Shown here one piece after another: positions 34,851 through 43,722 of a stretch of DNA of 64,000 nucleotides; position 1 is the first letter of the stretch, and every line of letters begins with the position of its first letter. The stretch lies in NCBI GenBank assembly GCA_963422205.2, contig CAXMWX010000007.1, positions 128,001-192,000 on the forward strand, in the 5' to 3' direction. The position numbers and the translations under genes are program-made. The notes beneath the pieces were generated by a model. It ran no database searches. It was not told where the DNA came from and saw only the letters and a program-made list of their open reading frames with translations. This stretch comes from Gammaproteobacteria bacterium. Its GTDB lineage: Bacteria > Pseudomonadota > Gammaproteobacteria > Eutrophobiales > Eutrophobiaceae.

Positions 34851-36025
34851 TTATCCCAATTTCTTAGTAGCTTACCCTTTGCCAACTCACTATTCAGTTG
34901 TTTTATAGATTTGCGGTGAAACGTGGTCAAGTAGTTCTCTTGCCTGTCCTCTGTTCGTTTAACCACCACCTTATACAAGCGGCCATGAACGGCATAAAAA
35001 TACAGGTTCTGTTCGCCTGCCTGTATCACCTTACCCTTAGCAATAACCTCGGGTATCAACTGATACTCATCCAGCTTTAATTCGGGATGGTTCCGCTTCT
35101 GCTTTACCAATGTCGCCTCACTGAGCAGCACCGCTTTTTGCTTCGCCTTTAGCCGTCCCTTCAAGTTCTCATCCAGGGCGGCAATGACAAAGCGGCTATC
35201 GGGTGTTGGTTGCTTGAACCAGTCGGTGAACACCTGGCTCTTGAGCAGCGATGAGACCGTACCTAATGCCAAATCACTCTGGCTGGCGTTGATCTTGTTG
35301 CGGATGAGACTGTAAGACTGCTGTAACCGGTGTTTGCCGATGTGGTAGTTGAAAGCCGGATGTACGCCCTGGGTCACGCTTTCCACCTCGCCCGTGCGCT
35401 GGTTGACCCATTCCCTGGTCTGCTCTGGCGGTGCATCGGTCATATACTTGCTGGTACCTTTCAGTCGGTCATATTCGGCCTGGCTGACCGGTCTGACCCG
35501 GCACTTGCAGCCCCAGCCATTAGGTGGGTAGCGGGTCTCCCAGAACGGATGGTCAACGGGCAGGATGACCCCCGCCCAAGCCACATGTTCATCGCGGTGC
35601 GTCCGGCTTGGCCCCAGCTCATAGAGCAGATACGCATAGCTTGGCTTATTCCGCTCAATCCGTCCCCATTGCCCTGCTGCCCGGGCGGTACGCAGATTGG
35701 TCTGGTAGATGACCTTCAAGCGCCGGGGGCTGCCGAGTTGTACGTCTTTTATCTCCCCGGTCAGCGGGTCATGCATCTGTTGTCGCCCCCACCAGCCTTT
35801 CTTTTGTAACAGTGGGGTCAGTTCTTTTGCAAACTGGCGCAGAGTCTTGCCCTCGGCCTCTGCCACCACCACTGCCTGATAGATGTTCTCCAGCACGTCA
35901 AGGCGCATGGCTTTGGCCACAGTGAAATGGATATGATGCTCTTCCTGCCAAACATCACGGTAATCAAAGCCGGGCTTGAGCTTCTTACGCTTAAGAAAGT
36001 CTAGCGCCGAGGTGGCCGGGGTCAC
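34847..36025 (-). CDS. Phage head morphogenesis protein MuF (gp30) with C-terminal PBECR2-like nuclease domain
   Basis: FTVAKAMRLDVL, GSPRRLKVIYQTNLRTARAAGQW, HPFWETRYPPNGWGCKCRV; C-terminal KQKRNHPELKLDEY...YKVVVK..ENYLTTFHR. Confidence 0.88.
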   Translation of the reverse strand: MTPATSALDFLKRKKLKPGFDYRDVWQEEHHIHFTVAKAMRLDVLENIYQAVVVAEAEGKTLRQFAKELTPLLQKKGWWGRQQMHDPLTGEIKDVQLGSPRRLKVIYQTNLRTARAAGQWGRIERNKPSYAYLLYELGPSRTHRDEHVAWAGVILPVDHPFWETRYPPNGWGCKCRVRPVSQAEYDRLKGTSKYMTDAPPEQTREWVNQRTGEVESVTQGVHPAFNYHIGKHRLQQSYSLIRNKINASQSDLALGTVSSLLKSQVFTDWFKQPTPDSRFVIAALDENLKGRLKAKQKAVLLSEATLVKQKRNHPELKLDEYQLIPEVIAKGKVIQAGEQNLYFYAVHGRLYKVVVKRTEDRQENYLTTFHRKSIKQLNSELAKGKLLRNWDK

Positions 36026-37584
36026 CGGGTATCTCCTGACACATCCCCCAGGGCCCGGGCGATGAAGGCCGCCTCGGTCAGGCCATCGACCAGGGCTGTA
36101 TCATCCTCTGTGCTGAGGTCAATCAGTGCTGCCTTGACCTCATCCAGGCGGCTCCCGTCTGCTATCATTTTCTGAAGCACCTGCTGCACCTCGGATATGG
36201 GCTTCATCTGTGACTGCCAGTCATCGTCCGTCAACGCATCGGTCAGGTCATCCAGGGTATCGGGGACATCGGGCGCTTGCCGGTTCAAGGCCAGTGGCTG
36301 TATAGGGTTAGCTGCTGTAGTGCCACCGGCCGGCGCACTGAGCAATGCCTCCCCGTCTTTCGGATCAGGCAGGCCAGACTTGTCGCGGATAACCGAGGCC
36401 GAGACCTTCAAGCCCAGTGGCACCAGCTTCTCCAGAGAGTCCGCCAGCAGCTTCAGGTCTTCGGCCTCCTCCACATGCAGCACCAGGCGCGGGTAGCTCG
36501 CCTGCGGCCCGAAGTTCAAATCGACAAAGGGTTTCATCAGATCGCGGTTCAGCGTCACCTCAAGTTGCCTTGCATCGGACTTTAGAATGTCCAGACGCAC
36601 TTCGTTATGGATATTGGCCTGGGATTGGGAGCTGCCATCATCGGTGGTCATGGTCTGACCGAGTACGGCCTTGCTGGTTTGCCTGTCCAGCCACTCGGCC
36701 AGGGTTCTAAAGAGCTCGGCGGCGCCTGAGACATTACCCACCTGCTCAAACTCAATCCGCAGGGTATCGGGCAGCACCGCCGCGGCATCGCTGCCGAGGT
36801 TGGCGACTGCCGCTTTCAGCAACTGGATATGCTCTTCTTTTGCCCCTTGGCTGTAACGTCCCAAGCGCAGCGGCATCCCGAACACCTCACAAAAAGCCAG
36901 CCAGTCTTTCACTGTATAGGCTTTGCACATGTACGTTGTAGCGACCAGACGGGCGAGACCCCCACGCAAGGGGATGCCGCTTTTTAATCGTGGTCGGTGA
37001 ATGATGAACTTGTACGGCGGCAGGGGCTTACCATTGACCACATCAGACTCATCATAAAGCCGCAACTCATAGGGGTTATCCGGGGGATAGATAAAGTAGC
37101 GCGGGTCGCGCCAGTGGTAGGCTGTGGGTTGCCATTGCTTGGCGGAGGTCTCCCAGTCAATCTCAATGGCCGCATAGCCCTTGCCGAGGGCATCTAAGGC
37201 ATCATCCTGCAAGTCACCGAACGCGGGGGCGGCGATCAATGCCCGGCAGGCCTCAGCCAGCTTGACATCCTGCCTGTCATCCGAGGCCGCCTCAATGGTG
37301 GGAGCCAGTCCAGAGACGGCGCGCTTGCGGGTGGCCAGTACACTGGCATAGTGCGGCTCACGCTCCTCCATCTCCTCGGCCAGGGTCAGGTAATCATGGG
37401 CTTGCCCCTCAGCCGCGGCCTGCATCAGTCTAGCGAGGCGCAGCGGGTTGATGCTGCCAGCCACATGCGCCACCAGCCAGGGCTGGCGAATGCTGGTTAA
37501 GGACGTGGTGACGACCTCATCGGTGAGTGCCTCCTTGACGATAGGCTGACCATCGGGGCCGAGCAGGCGGGGTGTTATCGCCAT
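36022..37584 (-). CDS. Mu-like portal protein (gp29, DUF935)
   Basis: AEEMEERE.HY..VL.TRKRAV, DALGKGYA, WLAFCEVFGMPLRLGRY, SKAVLGQTMTTD. Confidence 0.92.
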   Translation of the reverse strand: MAITPRLLGPDGQPIVKEALTDEVVTTSLTSIRQPWLVAHVAGSINPLRLARLMQAAAEGQAHDYLTLAEEMEEREPHYASVLATRKRAVSGLAPTIEAASDDRQDVKLAEACRALIAAPAFGDLQDDALDALGKGYAAIEIDWETSAKQWQPTAYHWRDPRYFIYPPDNPYELRLYDESDVVNGKPLPPYKFIIHRPRLKSGIPLRGGLARLVATTYMCKAYTVKDWLAFCEVFGMPLRLGRYSQGAKEEHIQLLKAAVANLGSDAAAVLPDTLRIEFEQVGNVSGAAELFRTLAEWLDRQTSKAVLGQTMTTDDGSSQSQANIHNEVRLDILKSDARQLEVTLNRDLMKPFVDLNFGPQASYPRLVLHVEEAEDLKLLADSLEKLVPLGLKVSASVIRDKSGLPDPKDGEALLSAPAGGTTAANPIQPLALNRQAPDVPDTLDDLTDALTDDDWQSQMKPISEVQQVLQKMIADGSRLDEVKAALIDLSTEDDTALVDGLTEAAFIARALGDVSGDTR

Positions 37585-37604
37585 CAGTACACGTCCTCAC
37601 TATA

Positions 37605-37676
37605 CAGAAGACAGAAGTCAGAAGACAGAGGACAGAATGTATGCTCTGTCTTCCGTTCTCCATCTTCCGTCCTCTG
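37605..37676. repeat. Heptamer-periodic inverted repeat 1 (terminase/portal junction)
   Basis: (CAGARGA)n arm, short loop, (TCYTCYG)n arm. Confidence 0.85.
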
Positions 37677-37678
37677 CT

Positions 37679-39089
37679 TCACAGCAGCCCCCGTTGTGCC
37701 TTGATGGCATAACGATTGCCGTAAAAATCATCCTCATCGTCCGCATCGTAATAGGGCGAGACCGCCTCATAAGCAAAATGCTCGGCCGGCACCTGGGCTG
37801 CTGCTGTCGCCAAGGCCAGCGCCCAGAACCTATCCGCATGACCATCAGTGCCGGAACGCTCGGCCACCAGACGCGGGGTGCCGGTGATGCTGGTCTCAGC
37901 CTTGATGCTGTGCAGATCATGACGCAGCGCCTCATCGACCGGGATACGCAAGCGCCCATCTTCCAACACCTCACGCAGCGCGGTGGCCACATCCAGACGC
38001 CTGGGCGCACTTAAGATAATCCCCTCCACCCGGTACTTACCATGCGCCTCCTGTAATTGCTCCACCACCGCCTCACCCATGCCGGTTTGATCTACCGCGA
38101 TGCGGCTTGGCCGGTAGTCCTCCACCAGCCGTGCCACAATGCTGTGCTGCTCGGCAAAGGGAATGCCCTGACGGGCAATAAGTTCACGTACCCACAGCAC
38201 ATCCCCCACCCGTTCCAGCACCAGCGCCACCCACAAGTCCTGCCGGCGGGCGACATCAATGCCGATGTAGGTCAGGCCACCGGCGAAGTGCTCCGGCACC
38301 CCGGCCTGTTGGTGCTCGGCGGCGCGTAGCCATTGCCAGGCTAACCAGGCGCCACCGGTTTGTTTAGGTGTGCAGAACAACTCCTCTTCGGCCATCTCCC
38401 GAGTGGGGTATTTATTGATCTCACGGGCGCGCCACTCCTCGGCATAGTTATCATGCCAAGGGGCTTGTTTGACACTGGCAATGCGCCGGGCCAAGCCTTC
38501 GGCAATAGCATCATCTAAGGTAATGCGATGCAGTGCGTACGCGTGCTTGCCTTCACGCACATCACAGACCAGGCGGTTAAAGGCACTGTCCTCGCCTTTG
38601 TGCGTTGAGATGATGCGTACCTTGCCACCCCCATTGCGTTACCGCAATGGCCGCTTGTAGCAGATCATCCAGCTCATCACAAAACGCCGCCTCATCGATA
38701 ATGACAATATCGCCGGGTTTCCCTTTGGAGCGCAACACCCGGGGGTTCGATGGCAGGGCCTGAATGAACTTGCCCGAGTCAAAACGGATGCGAAAGCGCA
38801 ATACCTGGCTTGCCTCATCGCTGATTAGGGTTTCCTCGACCTGTGATGCGGCCAGATTAAAGCGTATCGCCCACTCAGCACAATCACGGATATAGGTCTC
38901 GGTCATGTCCTTGTTATAGGACATATAAAAGATATTGCCTTTACCCTCGGCGGCATAGACCACCCGCTCGGCGGCATCACCCCAGGATAAACCAACGCGC
39001 CGCGACTTCTCACAGATGGCAATCTCGGCTTGCTCTTTATTCCAGCGCAACTGATAGGCCAGCAACAGGGGATAACCATCCTTATACAT
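37679..39089 (-). pseudogene. Mu-like terminase large subunit (gp28), frameshift near 38630
   Basis: EKSRRVGLSW Walker A, VIIDEAAF Walker B, GIDVARRQD, VDQTGMG, GHADRFWALALA; one extra base in a G run. Confidence 0.88.
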
Positions 39090-39190
39090 GGGCGCTTTCC
39101 AGAGCGGCGCGAATGGCCGCTGCGGTATCCTGACTGACACCGGCCTTCTTAACTTGTGTCTCGGCCTTCTCGGCCATTGCCACTGCCTTG
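39082..39190 (-). pseudogene. 3' remnant of Mu gp27 (DUF3486)-like gene
   Basis: AEKAETQVKKAGVSQDTAAAIRAAL; stop overlaps the terminase start. Confidence 0.6.
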
Positions 39191-39694
39191 GGGCTGAACA
39201 CCGAGGCAACTGAGACGCAGATTATTGAGCGTATCAACGCACTCAAAGCAGAGAAACAAACCGCACTCAATTCCGCACAGAGTCCCGACCCAGCCAGGTT
39301 TGTACCGATAGAGACGCACCAGTTGGCCTTGAACCGGGCGGAGAGTGCCGAGGCCACGCTTACTAAGAACAAGGAGGCGGCCTTAACCGCCGAAGGTCAG
39401 GCGCTGGTGGAGCAGTCGATTACCGATGGCAAGATGGCGCCTGCCAATAAAGATCATTACCTGGCTCTGTGTCGGGACGAGGCCGGGCTTGAGACCGTCA
39501 AGCAACTGATGGCCGCCGCCCCCGAAGATACTGACGGAGGACAACGGGTACGGGTGGCGCGCCTGGCAAACCTGAGACGGCGCTCAATACCGAGGAGTCT
39601 CAGGTGGCCCGCCTTGCTGGGTCTGTCGGATAAAGCCATGACCGAGGCCAAGGCCGCGCACACCGCACATACAACCACAGGAGCTAACCGATGA
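39171..39694 (+). pseudogene. 3' half of Mu gpI protease/scaffold gene (5' end missing, frameshifts near the end)
   Basis: AIATALGL..ATETQI..INALK, PDPARFVP, ALVEQSITDGKMAPA; directly upstream of gpT. Confidence 0.75.
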
Positions 39695-40592
39695 TTATCA
39701 CACCGCAGGCAATCACGGCCCTTTATCACAGGCTTTAACAAAATCTTTCAGGATGCGCTCGGCAGTGCCGAGACCCAATGGCAGCAGGTGGCCACGCAGG
39801 TGCCATCCAGCACCAAGTCCAACACCTACGGCTGGCTGGGCAAGTGGCCAGGCTTTCGGGAATGGGTCGGCGAGCGGGTGTTCAAGAACTTGAAAGCCCA
39901 CAGCTATCAGGTCACGAATAAAAAATACGAGTCCTCGGTGGAGGTCGGGCGTGATGAGATTGAGGATGATCAGATCGGCATCTATAGCCCGATGGTGATG
40001 GAGATGGGTCAGGAGGCGGCCAGGTTTCCCGATGAGTTGGTCTTTGGTTTGCTGGGCGGCGGGTTTCACGACCGCTTGCTATGACGGGCAGAACTTCTTT
40101 GATGCCGAGCATCCGGTGTATCCGAATGCCGATGGCACCGGTACGGCGGTGCTCATCTCCAACATGCAGGCGGGCAGCGAGACGCCCTGGTTTCTGCTGG
40201 ACACGTCCCGTGCCTTGAAGCCGCTGATCTATCAACTCCGCCGGGCGCCGGCGTTCAAGGCCATGACGGACACGGCGGATGAGGGCGTGTTCCTGCGCGA
40301 TGCCTATCGTTACGGGGCGGATTTGCGCTGTAATGCGGGCTTTGGCTTCTGGCAGATGGCTTATGGTTCAAAAGCGGATTTAACCCTGGAGAACTATGTG
40401 GCGGCCCGTACCGCGATGATGGGCTTTACTGGTGATGGCGATAAGAAACTCAAAGTTAGTCCTAAGTTACTGGTCGTACCGCCCTCGTTGGAAGAGAAGG
40501 CATTGAAGATACTGAAAGCCGAGCTCATCGACGGTGGCAACAGCAACGTCTACCGCAACACCGCCGAGGTCTTGTGTTGCCCGTATCTGTGA
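39691..40592 (+). pseudogene. Mu-like major capsid protein gpT, two frameshifts (~39722, ~40065)
   Basis: MIITPQAI.., VPSSTKSNTYGWLGKWPGFREWVGER, CYDGQNFFDAEHPV, WFLLDTSRALKPLIYQ, GFGFWQMAYGS. Confidence 0.9.
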
Positions 40593-40594
40593 TT

Positions 40595-40690
40595 CAGAGG
40601 ACAGATGACTGAGGACAGAAGACAGTGGTTGTATGGCGCAGAGCGCCATTCTCTAAAATCTGTCCTCCGTCTTCCGACTTCCGTTCTCTG
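40595..40690. repeat. Heptamer-periodic inverted repeat 2 (gpT/gp36 junction)
   Basis: CAGAGGA-CAGATGA-CTGAGGA-CAGAAGA arm, ATGGCGCAGAGCGCCAT inner hairpin, pyrimidine arm. Confidence 0.85.
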
Positions 40691-40692
40691 AC

Positions 40693-41106
40693 ATGTATAT
40701 CACACCAGCCGACATTGAGGCGCGCTTAGGTGCGGAGGACTATGCCGTACTGGTGGGCAGTGGTGAAGATGCCCGTGAGCGGGTAACCCAAGCCATAGCC
40801 GATGCCAGTGGCGAGATCGATGGTTATGTGGGTCAGCGCTATGCGCTGCCGCTTGAGCCGATACCGACAGCTATTCAGCGAGTAGCGGTGGATATCAGTA
40901 TCTATCGCTTATCCGGTGATAGCCGGGTAACCGAAGATAAGCGCAAGCGCTATGAGGACGCGATTGCATTTTTGAGGGGTGTGGTACGAGGCGAAGTCAG
41001 CTTAGGCGCGCCCGAACAGGCCAATGATGTCGATGATGCACATCAGGACACGATGGCGGTGACATCCAGGGCGCGGCAGTTCCATCGGGATAACCGAACG
41101 TTTTGA
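40693..41106 (+). CDS. Mu gp36-like head-tail connector (DUF1320)
   Basis: MYIT..D, AIADASGEIDGYVGQRYALPL, RYEDAIAFL..V..GEVSLG. Confidence 0.88.
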   Translation: MYITPADIEARLGAEDYAVLVGSGEDARERVTQAIADASGEIDGYVGQRYALPLEPIPTAIQRVAVDISIYRLSGDSRVTEDKRKRYEDAIAFLRGVVRGEVSLGAPEQANDVDDAHQDTMAVTSRARQFHRDNRTF

Positions 41107-41139
41107 TTATTCACCTGTAACTTAACTAGAGGCATCATC

Positions 41140-41511
41140 ATGGCACTAAGACGTAAAAAGACCACGACAAGAGACGGCGCCACCGAGACCGGTGCAACCG
41201 CAGAAGAGACAACCCAGCCCAACGGCACGGACGAGCAGGGCGCCAGGGACGGCGCGATGGGTAAAGACAGCACGCTCAAGACCCGGGTGAAAGACCTGCC
41301 TGACGGGGTCACGCAGTATTGGCGTGGCGGGGTGGCACACACCAGGGACTGGCAGGCATGGCCGGTCGATGCCTTTACTCCTGAGCAACTGGAGAAGATC
41401 AAGGCCGACCCGCGCATTCAGATGACAGAAACCGAAATACAGAAGACAGATTCAGATGACAGGGGTCGGAAGACGGAGGACAGAGGTCGGAAGACGAAGG
41501 ACGGAGAGTAA
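41140..41511 (+). CDS. Mu-like prophage protein (gp35/HI1506-like), C-terminus extended by heptamer repeats
   Basis: YWRGGVAHTR..FTPEQLEKIKADPRI; repeat-derived tail RGRKTEDRGRKT. Confidence 0.6.
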   Translation: MALRRKKTTTRDGATETGATAEETTQPNGTDEQGARDGAMGKDSTLKTRVKDLPDGVTQYWRGGVAHTRDWQAWPVDAFTPEQLEKIKADPRIQMTETEIQKTDSDDRGRKTEDRGRKTKDGE

Positions 41512-41552
41512 AGTTGGTCATCTGTCGTCTGTCTTCTGACTTCAGTCTTCTG
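41439..41552. repeat. Heptamer-periodic inverted repeat 3 (spans the end of the preceding ORF and the start of gpG)
   Basis: CGGAAGA-CGGAGGA-CAGAGGT-CGGAAGA arm followed by TCTGTCGTCTGTCTTCTGACTTCAGTCTTCTG. Confidence 0.8.
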
Positions 41553-41948
41553 AACGCCGAGTTAGCCAGGCTATCTGCGCTTGACCTGAATGACTTGTTA
41601 GCAACCCTGGCCTTTGCTGGCGAAGTCCAGACCCGGTGGCGCTTGGCGACAGAAAAGGCAAGCCCTGCGGGGGAGGCCTGGCCTACTTGGTCAGAAGTCT
41701 ATGCCGCCAGGCGTCACGGTGGCCATGCCCTGCTGGAGAATGAGGGCGCTCTGATTGACAGCATCGAGTCCGGCACAGACGGCGATACCGCCTTCTGGGG
41801 CAGTGATCTGATCTATGCCGCCACCCATCAGTATGGAGACGATGACAGGAACATTCCGCAGCGGCAATACTTGGGCGTGAGCAGCAATAACAAGCGCGAG
41901 ATGACAGACTTAATCAATGCCTTTTTGAGTGGGGCGGCGCCAGCATGA
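41514..41948 (+). CDS. Phage virion morphogenesis protein (Mu gpG / tail completion S-like)
   Basis: SPAGEAW, LIDSI, GSDLIYAATHQYG, IPQRQYLGVS. Confidence 0.85.
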   Translation: MVICRLSSDFSLLNAELARLSALDLNDLLATLAFAGEVQTRWRLATEKASPAGEAWPTWSEVYAARRHGGHALLENEGALIDSIESGTDGDTAFWGSDLIYAATHQYGDDDRNIPQRQYLGVSSNNKREMTDLINAFLSGAAPA

Positions 41949-42592
41949 TCAATGCCTTGCTCGACCACATCATCCATACCCTGGCGCCGTTGTTCCCGGA
42001 GTCGGTGAGCATTGCTCGCTATAACGGTCGGTTTACCGAGCGGGACTTAGACCGCTTCGCTGGTCGGGCGCCCGCCCTGCTCATCTCCGCCCAGCGTCTG
42101 GAGGTGACCGGCTGCAATGTGATACCGGTACAGACTCTGCACCCAGGCGACAGTGAAGAAGTGCTGCGCAAACGTATTGAAGGCAGGCTGCATTGCGCCA
42201 TTGCCATTTTGACCAAGGACAGGCCGGGTCAATCCCGCGATGCGGTGGCCCTTGAGTTGGTCAACACACTCATCATCACCCTGCCGCAGCAGACCTTTGA
42301 TGCGCCCTTGAGCCGGGGTGTAACAGCAGATTCTATCCGGGCGCAGAACCTGCACACGGTATCCCTGGATAACAAGGCGGTGACCTTATGGGGCGTCACC
42401 TTTATCCAGCCTGTCCGCATGGACGTCGGTCAGCCGCCCGTGTTTGACACACCGGCCCGGGTGATGCTGGGCATTGAGCCGGAGATTGGCCCTGACCATG
42501 TGGACGATTACACTGACATTCAGAGGACAGACTTGCCTGCGCGCAGCGCGCAAGCAGGGGACGGAGAACAGAGGACAGACGGGTATGAATAA
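41945..42592 (+). CDS. Mu gp37-like tail terminator protein
   Basis: Position after gpG; GRF...DL..F...APALLI and AQNL....LD...V.LWGV pattern. Confidence 0.55.
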   Translation: MINALLDHIIHTLAPLFPESVSIARYNGRFTERDLDRFAGRAPALLISAQRLEVTGCNVIPVQTLHPGDSEEVLRKRIEGRLHCAIAILTKDRPGQSRDAVALELVNTLIITLPQQTFDAPLSRGVTADSIRAQNLHTVSLDNKAVTLWGVTFIQPVRMDVGQPPVFDTPARVMLGIEPEIGPDHVDDYTDIQRTDLPARSAQAGDGEQRTDGYE

Positions 42593-42670
42593 AATTATCC
42601 TTTATCTGACTTCTGTCGTCCGTATTCTGATTTCTGAATCTGTCTTCCGTATTCAGTCCTCCGGCATCTG
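42521..42670. repeat. Heptamer-periodic inverted repeat 4 (gp37/gpV junction) with nested 27-nt element
   Basis: CAGAGGA arms; insert CTTGCCTGCGCGCAGCGCGCAAGCAGG at 42532-42558. Confidence 0.85.
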
Positions 42671-42673
42671 AAC

Positions 42674-43267
42674 ATGAGCGATGATCTCATCATGGACTTG
42701 GCTTTGCGGGTGGCCAAGTTGGAGCGGCAGGTGAATGATACCCTCATCACAGGTGTGGTGAGTGAAGTGCAGCATCGGCCCTATCGGGTGCGGGTGGATT
42801 ATGGCACGGCAGATGTGCCACAGACGACCGCCCTGCTGCCAGTTATCGTACCCCGTGCGGCCAGTGCCATTGCTTGGTGGCCACTGGAGGTGGGCGAAGC
42901 GGTGCTGGTTATCTCACCGGGTGGCAACACCCGCCAGGGCCGGGTACTGCCGGCGAACTATACCGAGACGCACCCGCAACCTGACGATGAGCCGGAGCAA
43001 CTCATGATGGCGTTCGGCCAGGGTAACCAACTGACATTAAATCGCACCACGGGCACGCTGCATCTCACCTTGAGCGGTGAGCTGGAGATTGATGCACCAC
43101 AAAAAGTGCGGGTCAACAGCGCTACCCTGGAATGCTCGGGCGATATTCTCGATCAATTTGACAACAACAATCACCACATGCGGGCGATGCGAGATACCTA
43201 TGATGGTCACACGCATACCGGTGATAATGGCGGCACCACCTCGGCGCCCCAGCAGGCGATGGGTTAG
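42674..43267 (+). CDS. Baseplate assembly protein V (spike)
   Basis: WWPLEVGEAVLVISPGG, C-terminal HTHTGDNGGTTSAP metal-binding tip. Confidence 0.88.
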   Translation: MSDDLIMDLALRVAKLERQVNDTLITGVVSEVQHRPYRVRVDYGTADVPQTTALLPVIVPRAASAIAWWPLEVGEAVLVISPGGNTRQGRVLPANYTETHPQPDDEPEQLMMAFGQGNQLTLNRTTGTLHLTLSGELEIDAPQKVRVNSATLECSGDILDQFDNNNHHMRAMRDTYDGHTHTGDNGGTTSAPQQAMG

Positions 43268-43271
43268 AACG

Positions 43272-43634
43272 ATGCGCACGATTAGCCCGTCAGCCATGCA
43301 CAAAGAGACCGGTCAAGCAATCGGTGGCCTTGACTTTCTGCGCCAGCGCTTTCTTGACGCGGTCAATACCGAGCGTGGCAGCTTAGTGGGGGCGCGCGAC
43401 TAAGGCATGCGCCTGGATGACTTGATTGACCGCAACATGGATAACGACTTTGCCATGCGGGTCTTTGCTCGTCTGGCGATGGGAATCCTGCACGAGCCCA
43501 ATGGATTGTTTGACTTAGAGATCACGCAATTTGCCTTGACGCCGGATAAGAGCCACACCGCGACAGTAACTGTTCATGCCCTCTGGCAAGGGCAGGACAT
43601 CCGCCTGCACACACCCGTGAGGACGGCAGCATGA
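43272..43634 (+). pseudogene. Baseplate wedge gpW/GP25-like, in-frame TAA at 43401
   Basis: MHKETGQAI.GLDFLRQ..D...T.RGSLVGARD*G.RL.DLID; the family normally has RDYG here. Confidence 0.75.
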
Positions 43635-43656
43635 GCGCTTTTACCGCCGCCATTGA

Positions 43657-43714
43657 CCTTATGTACAGGAAGTACGGTAGGCCGCGGGTGCAGGGACGCA
43701 CAGGAGCGGCAAGG
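43657..43714. repeat. Palindromic mini-element upstream of gpJ
   Basis: CCTT-ATGTACAGGAAGTAC-GGTAG-GCCGC-GGGTGCAGGGACGCAC-AGGA-GCGGC-AAGG. Confidence 0.7.
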
Positions 43715-43722
43715 AGTTCAGC

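Noticed and set aside
37618-38014. ORFs with SSVLHLPSS / RWRTEDR-type peptides (also 42474-42671, 47839-48051, 51414-51599)
   Set aside because: These are translations of the heptamer repeats or shadows of real phage genes.
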